NCBI GenBank assembly: GCA_945861645.1
Contig: CAMAVZ010000005.1
Coordinates: forward strand, 1 to 64,000
DNA from: Opitutus sp. GAS368
Lineage (GTDB): Bacteria > Verrucomicrobiota > Verrucomicrobiia > Opitutales > Opitutaceae
Direction of reading: 5' to 3'
DNA length: 64,000 nt
Shown here: positions 61,465-64,000 of the stretch, in pieces
How the letters are laid out: each line of letters opens with the position of its first letter
Position numbering within the stretch: position 1 is the stretch's first letter
The notes under the pieces: model-generated
What the model was told of the DNA's origin: nothing
The model's database searches: none
What the model saw: the letters and a program-made list of their open reading frames with translations, nothing else
Made by a program: the position numbers and the translations under genes

Positions 61465-62228
61465 GGGCGGATAGAGAGGTGGTCGGTGATTAGTTGCTTT
61501 TTTAAGAGGGGAATTTTGATGGTGCCTCTGTGGAAAACGGACGCGGCAAGGGCCCCATCGACCCCGGCTTCGCAGAAAACGTCCCGAAAATGTTCCGGGG
61601 TGCCGGCGCCGCCGGACGCGATGAGCGGGATGGTCAGAACAGCCCGCACGAGCTTCAACTGCGCGAGATCATAGCCCTGGCGCATGCCATCTTGGTTCAT
61701 GCAATTCAGGACGACTTCGCCGGCGCCGAGCCGTTGCGCTTCACGGGCCCAGTCGACCGTGCGCCAGCGGGTGGCCTGCGTCTTGTCGGGGTCTCCGGTG
61801 TACTGTTTCACGAAGTAATCATCAGCTTCTTGGCGGCTATCGATACCGACCACGACGCATTGGGATCCAAATTCGTGGGCGAGTTCCGTAATTAAGGCCG
61901 GGTTTTCTAAAGCGGGCGAGTTGAGGGAAATTTTATCGGCGCCGCCGTGAAGAATTTGGCGAGCGCCTGCAAGGGAGCGAATCCCTCCGGCGACACAAAA
62001 AGGAATATCGAGGACGCGCGCGACGCGGGTGACCCAATCGGTGGAGACCGTTCGTCCGTCACTGCTAGCGGTGATATCATAAAACACTAATTCATCCGCG
62101 CCTTCATCACGGTAGCGTTGAGCGAGCTCGATAATATCGCCGACGACCTCATGATCGCGAAACTGGGTGCCTTTGACCACTTGGCCGGCGCGCACATCCA
62201 AACAGGGAATAATTCGCCGGGCTAGCAT
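61461..62228 (-). CDS. hisF: Imidazole glycerol phosphate synthase cyclase subunit
   Basis: [44 protein letters not shown]. Confidence 0.97.
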   Translation of the reverse strand: MLARRIIPCLDVRAGQVVKGTQFRDHEVVGDIIELAQRYRDEGADELVFYDITASSDGRTVSTDWVTRVARVLDIPFCVAGGIRSLAGARQILHGGADKISLNSPALENPALITELAHEFGSQCVVVGIDSRQEADDYFVKQYTGDPDKTQATRWRTVDWAREAQRLGAGEVVLNCMNQDGMRQGYDLAQLKLVRAVLTIPLIASGGAGTPEHFRDVFCEAGVDGALAASVFHRGTIKIPLLKKQLITDHLSIRP

Positions 62229-62986
62229 GCGAGGGCCTCCGCTAAAGTAAATTTATGCTCATAAAGTGCGCGGCCCACAATCGCCCCTGTACTGCCGGTG
62301 GTTTTCAGCATTCGCAAATCGGCCAAAGAAGCCACTCCGCCGGAGGCTTGGATGTGCAGTGCCGGAAATTTTTTCACGAGCTGTGCATAGAGGGCCGAGT
62401 TGGGGCCAGATAATTTCCCGTCGCGGCTGATATCGGTGCAAAGAATATGCCGGAGCCCCGCGGGGAGGAAGCGGTTGATAAAATCATCCAGCGCCAGCCC
62501 CGTGCTTTCTTGCCATCCTGCCGCCGCGACGCGGGGAATGCCGGCCTCATCGAGGCGGACATCAGGCGCCAGGATGATTTGCTCGGGGCCGAAATCTTGC
62601 AGCCAGTCGCGTACCCGTTCCGGTTGTTTGGCCGCGACGCTCCCGATAATAACGCGGTGAGCACCCGCGCGGAGTAAGGCGGTGATTTGGGCAGTCTCGC
62701 GAATGCCCCCGCCGGTTTGCACCTTAAGCTTACTCTCTTGGGCGAGTTGCTCGACGAGGGTCGTTTGGCGCTGAGCGGGGTCTTTCGCGCCATCGAGATC
62801 AACGACGTGTAACCACGTCGCCCCGGCCGCGGCAAAATCTTGCGCGACCGCGAGCGGATCATGGCCATAAGTTTTTTCTTGATCAAATTTACCTTCGGTT
62901 AAGCGCACGACCCGTCCGCCGCGCAAATCAATGGCGGGATAGATAATCAGGTTCGCTCGCGGCGGGACCGGCGCGGGAAAACTCAT
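62222..62986 (-). CDS. hisA: ProFAR isomerase
   Basis: [45 protein letters not shown] at 62986. Confidence 0.95.
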   Translation of the reverse strand: MSFPAPVPPRANLIIYPAIDLRGGRVVRLTEGKFDQEKTYGHDPLAVAQDFAAAGATWLHVVDLDGAKDPAQRQTTLVEQLAQESKLKVQTGGGIRETAQITALLRAGAHRVIIGSVAAKQPERVRDWLQDFGPEQIILAPDVRLDEAGIPRVAAAGWQESTGLALDDFINRFLPAGLRHILCTDISRDGKLSGPNSALYAQLVKKFPALHIQASGGVASLADLRMLKTTGSTGAIVGRALYEHKFTLAEALAC

Positions 62987-63576
62987 CCGCGGCCCTCCAC
63001 GAAATTTTTCAGCAGTCGGGCGCCCGCCACCCCGGAACGTTCGGGATGAAATTGAACTCCGCAAAAATTACCGCGCTGAACGACCGCGGCAAAGGGGATG
63101 CCATGATCACAACTGGCCACCGTGAACGCATTAATGGGCCCCGCGTAGCTGTGCACAAAATAGAAGCGGGCTTCTTCATCAATTCCTTCGAGCAGGGGGG
63201 CGTTTTTTCCGGAGAGAATTGTATTCCAGCCCATGTGGGGCACTTGAATACCTGGGGCGCAAGGCAGCAGGTCTACTCGGCCCGGAATCAACCCAAGGGT
63301 TTCCGTGGGACCTTCAGCGGAGGATTCAAATAGTAATTGCATGCCCAGACAAACTCCGAGGACGGGTTGAGTTAAGCTGCGTACGCAGTCCACGAGGCCG
63401 CGCTCGTGGAGTTTGCGCATGCCTTCATTGGCCGCGCCGACGCCCGGTAAAATTACGCGGTCGGCTGAGAGAATAATAGCTGGATCCGCCGTGAGCTCGC
63501 TCTGAATGCCGAGCCGATCGAGGGCGAAACGCACCGAGGCGATGTTAGCGCCGCCACTGTCGACGATCGCTAACAT
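62983..63576 (-). CDS. hisH: IGP synthase glutamine amidotransferase subunit
   Basis: LPGVG, GVCLGMQ, PHMGWN, YFVHSY, QFHPERS. Confidence 0.97.
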   Translation of the reverse strand: MLAIVDSGGANIASVRFALDRLGIQSELTADPAIILSADRVILPGVGAANEGMRKLHERGLVDCVRSLTQPVLGVCLGMQLLFESSAEGPTETLGLIPGRVDLLPCAPGIQVPHMGWNTILSGKNAPLLEGIDEEARFYFVHSYAGPINAFTVASCDHGIPFAAVVQRGNFCGVQFHPERSGVAGARLLKNFVEGRG

Positions 63577-64000
63577 TAGAGAATGCCTTTGGTGCTAGGG
63601 ATTTCATGACTGGTGCCGCGCGCAATGGCGGGCCGAAGCGCGCGCCCGAACCCCTTGAAGAGCGTCTCAACCATGTGATGCGTATTATCGCCCTTGACGC
63701 TCATTTGCAGCGTGGCGAGCAGCGCATCACTCACTGAGCGAAAGAAGTGAGCTACAAGTTCAGTCGGCATTTCCCCGACAAATTCACGCGGGAATTTACC
63801 CTCAAAAGTAAAGTAGGCGCGGCCACTCAGATCGATGGCCACGTGCGCCTGGGCTTCATCCATGGGCAGGACGAAACCATAACGCCCAAGTCCACGTTTA
63901 TCACCGATCGCTTGTTTCAAAGCCTGACCCAGCGCGATCCCGACGTCTTCAATGGTGTGGTGCTCGTCGATCTCAAGGTCACCCGCACAGGTGATGGCAA
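63576..64000 (-). CDS. hisB: Imidazoleglycerol-phosphate dehydratase, C-terminal part (runs off the window edge)
   Basis: [33 protein letters not shown]. Confidence 0.94.
   Translation of the reverse strand, partial: AITCAGDLEIDEHHTIEDVGIALGQALKQAIGDKRGLGRYGFVLPMDEAQAHVAIDLSGRAYFTFEGKFPREFVGEMPTELVAHFFRSVSDALLATLQMSVKGDNTHHMVETLFKGFGRALRPAIARGTSHEIPSTKGIL

Overview
This is a bacterial chromosome segment of mostly housekeeping genes. The taxon is probably Opitutae/Verrucomicrobiota, which is an inference from gene content and style. In order it carries trmB, a complete F1Fo ATP synthase operon (atpBEFHAGDC), feoAB plus a small FeoB-associated peptide, an MFS transporter, a tandem amidohydrolase pair, queC-queE-exoD, a ~240-nt structured non-coding region (6S-like), rnd, oleC-oleD, two RNA methyltransferases, a 1582-aa pyruvate:ferredoxin oxidoreductase, a Tgt fused to an MnmC/MnmD-type methyltransferase, several hydrolases, rlmN, skp, gmk, miaB, gnd, dnaN, pssA, an orphan RelE-like gene, DUF1643 next to a SWIM-SNF2 ATPase, glyQS, and the end of a compact hisB-H-A-F-IE operon. 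Three observations stand out. (1) The Tgt-methyltransferase fusion keeps a preQ1-type pocket but has an altered U35-recognition loop, which suggests an undescribed position-34 tRNA modification. (2) A probable replication origin lies upstream of dnaN (tandem DnaA boxes, GC spacer, trios and a GC-skew switch) with no dnaA next to it. (3) The long structured RNA sits between queC and rnd. I saw no tRNA, rRNA, CRISPR array or transposase. All calls come from motif recognition by eye; no searches were run.
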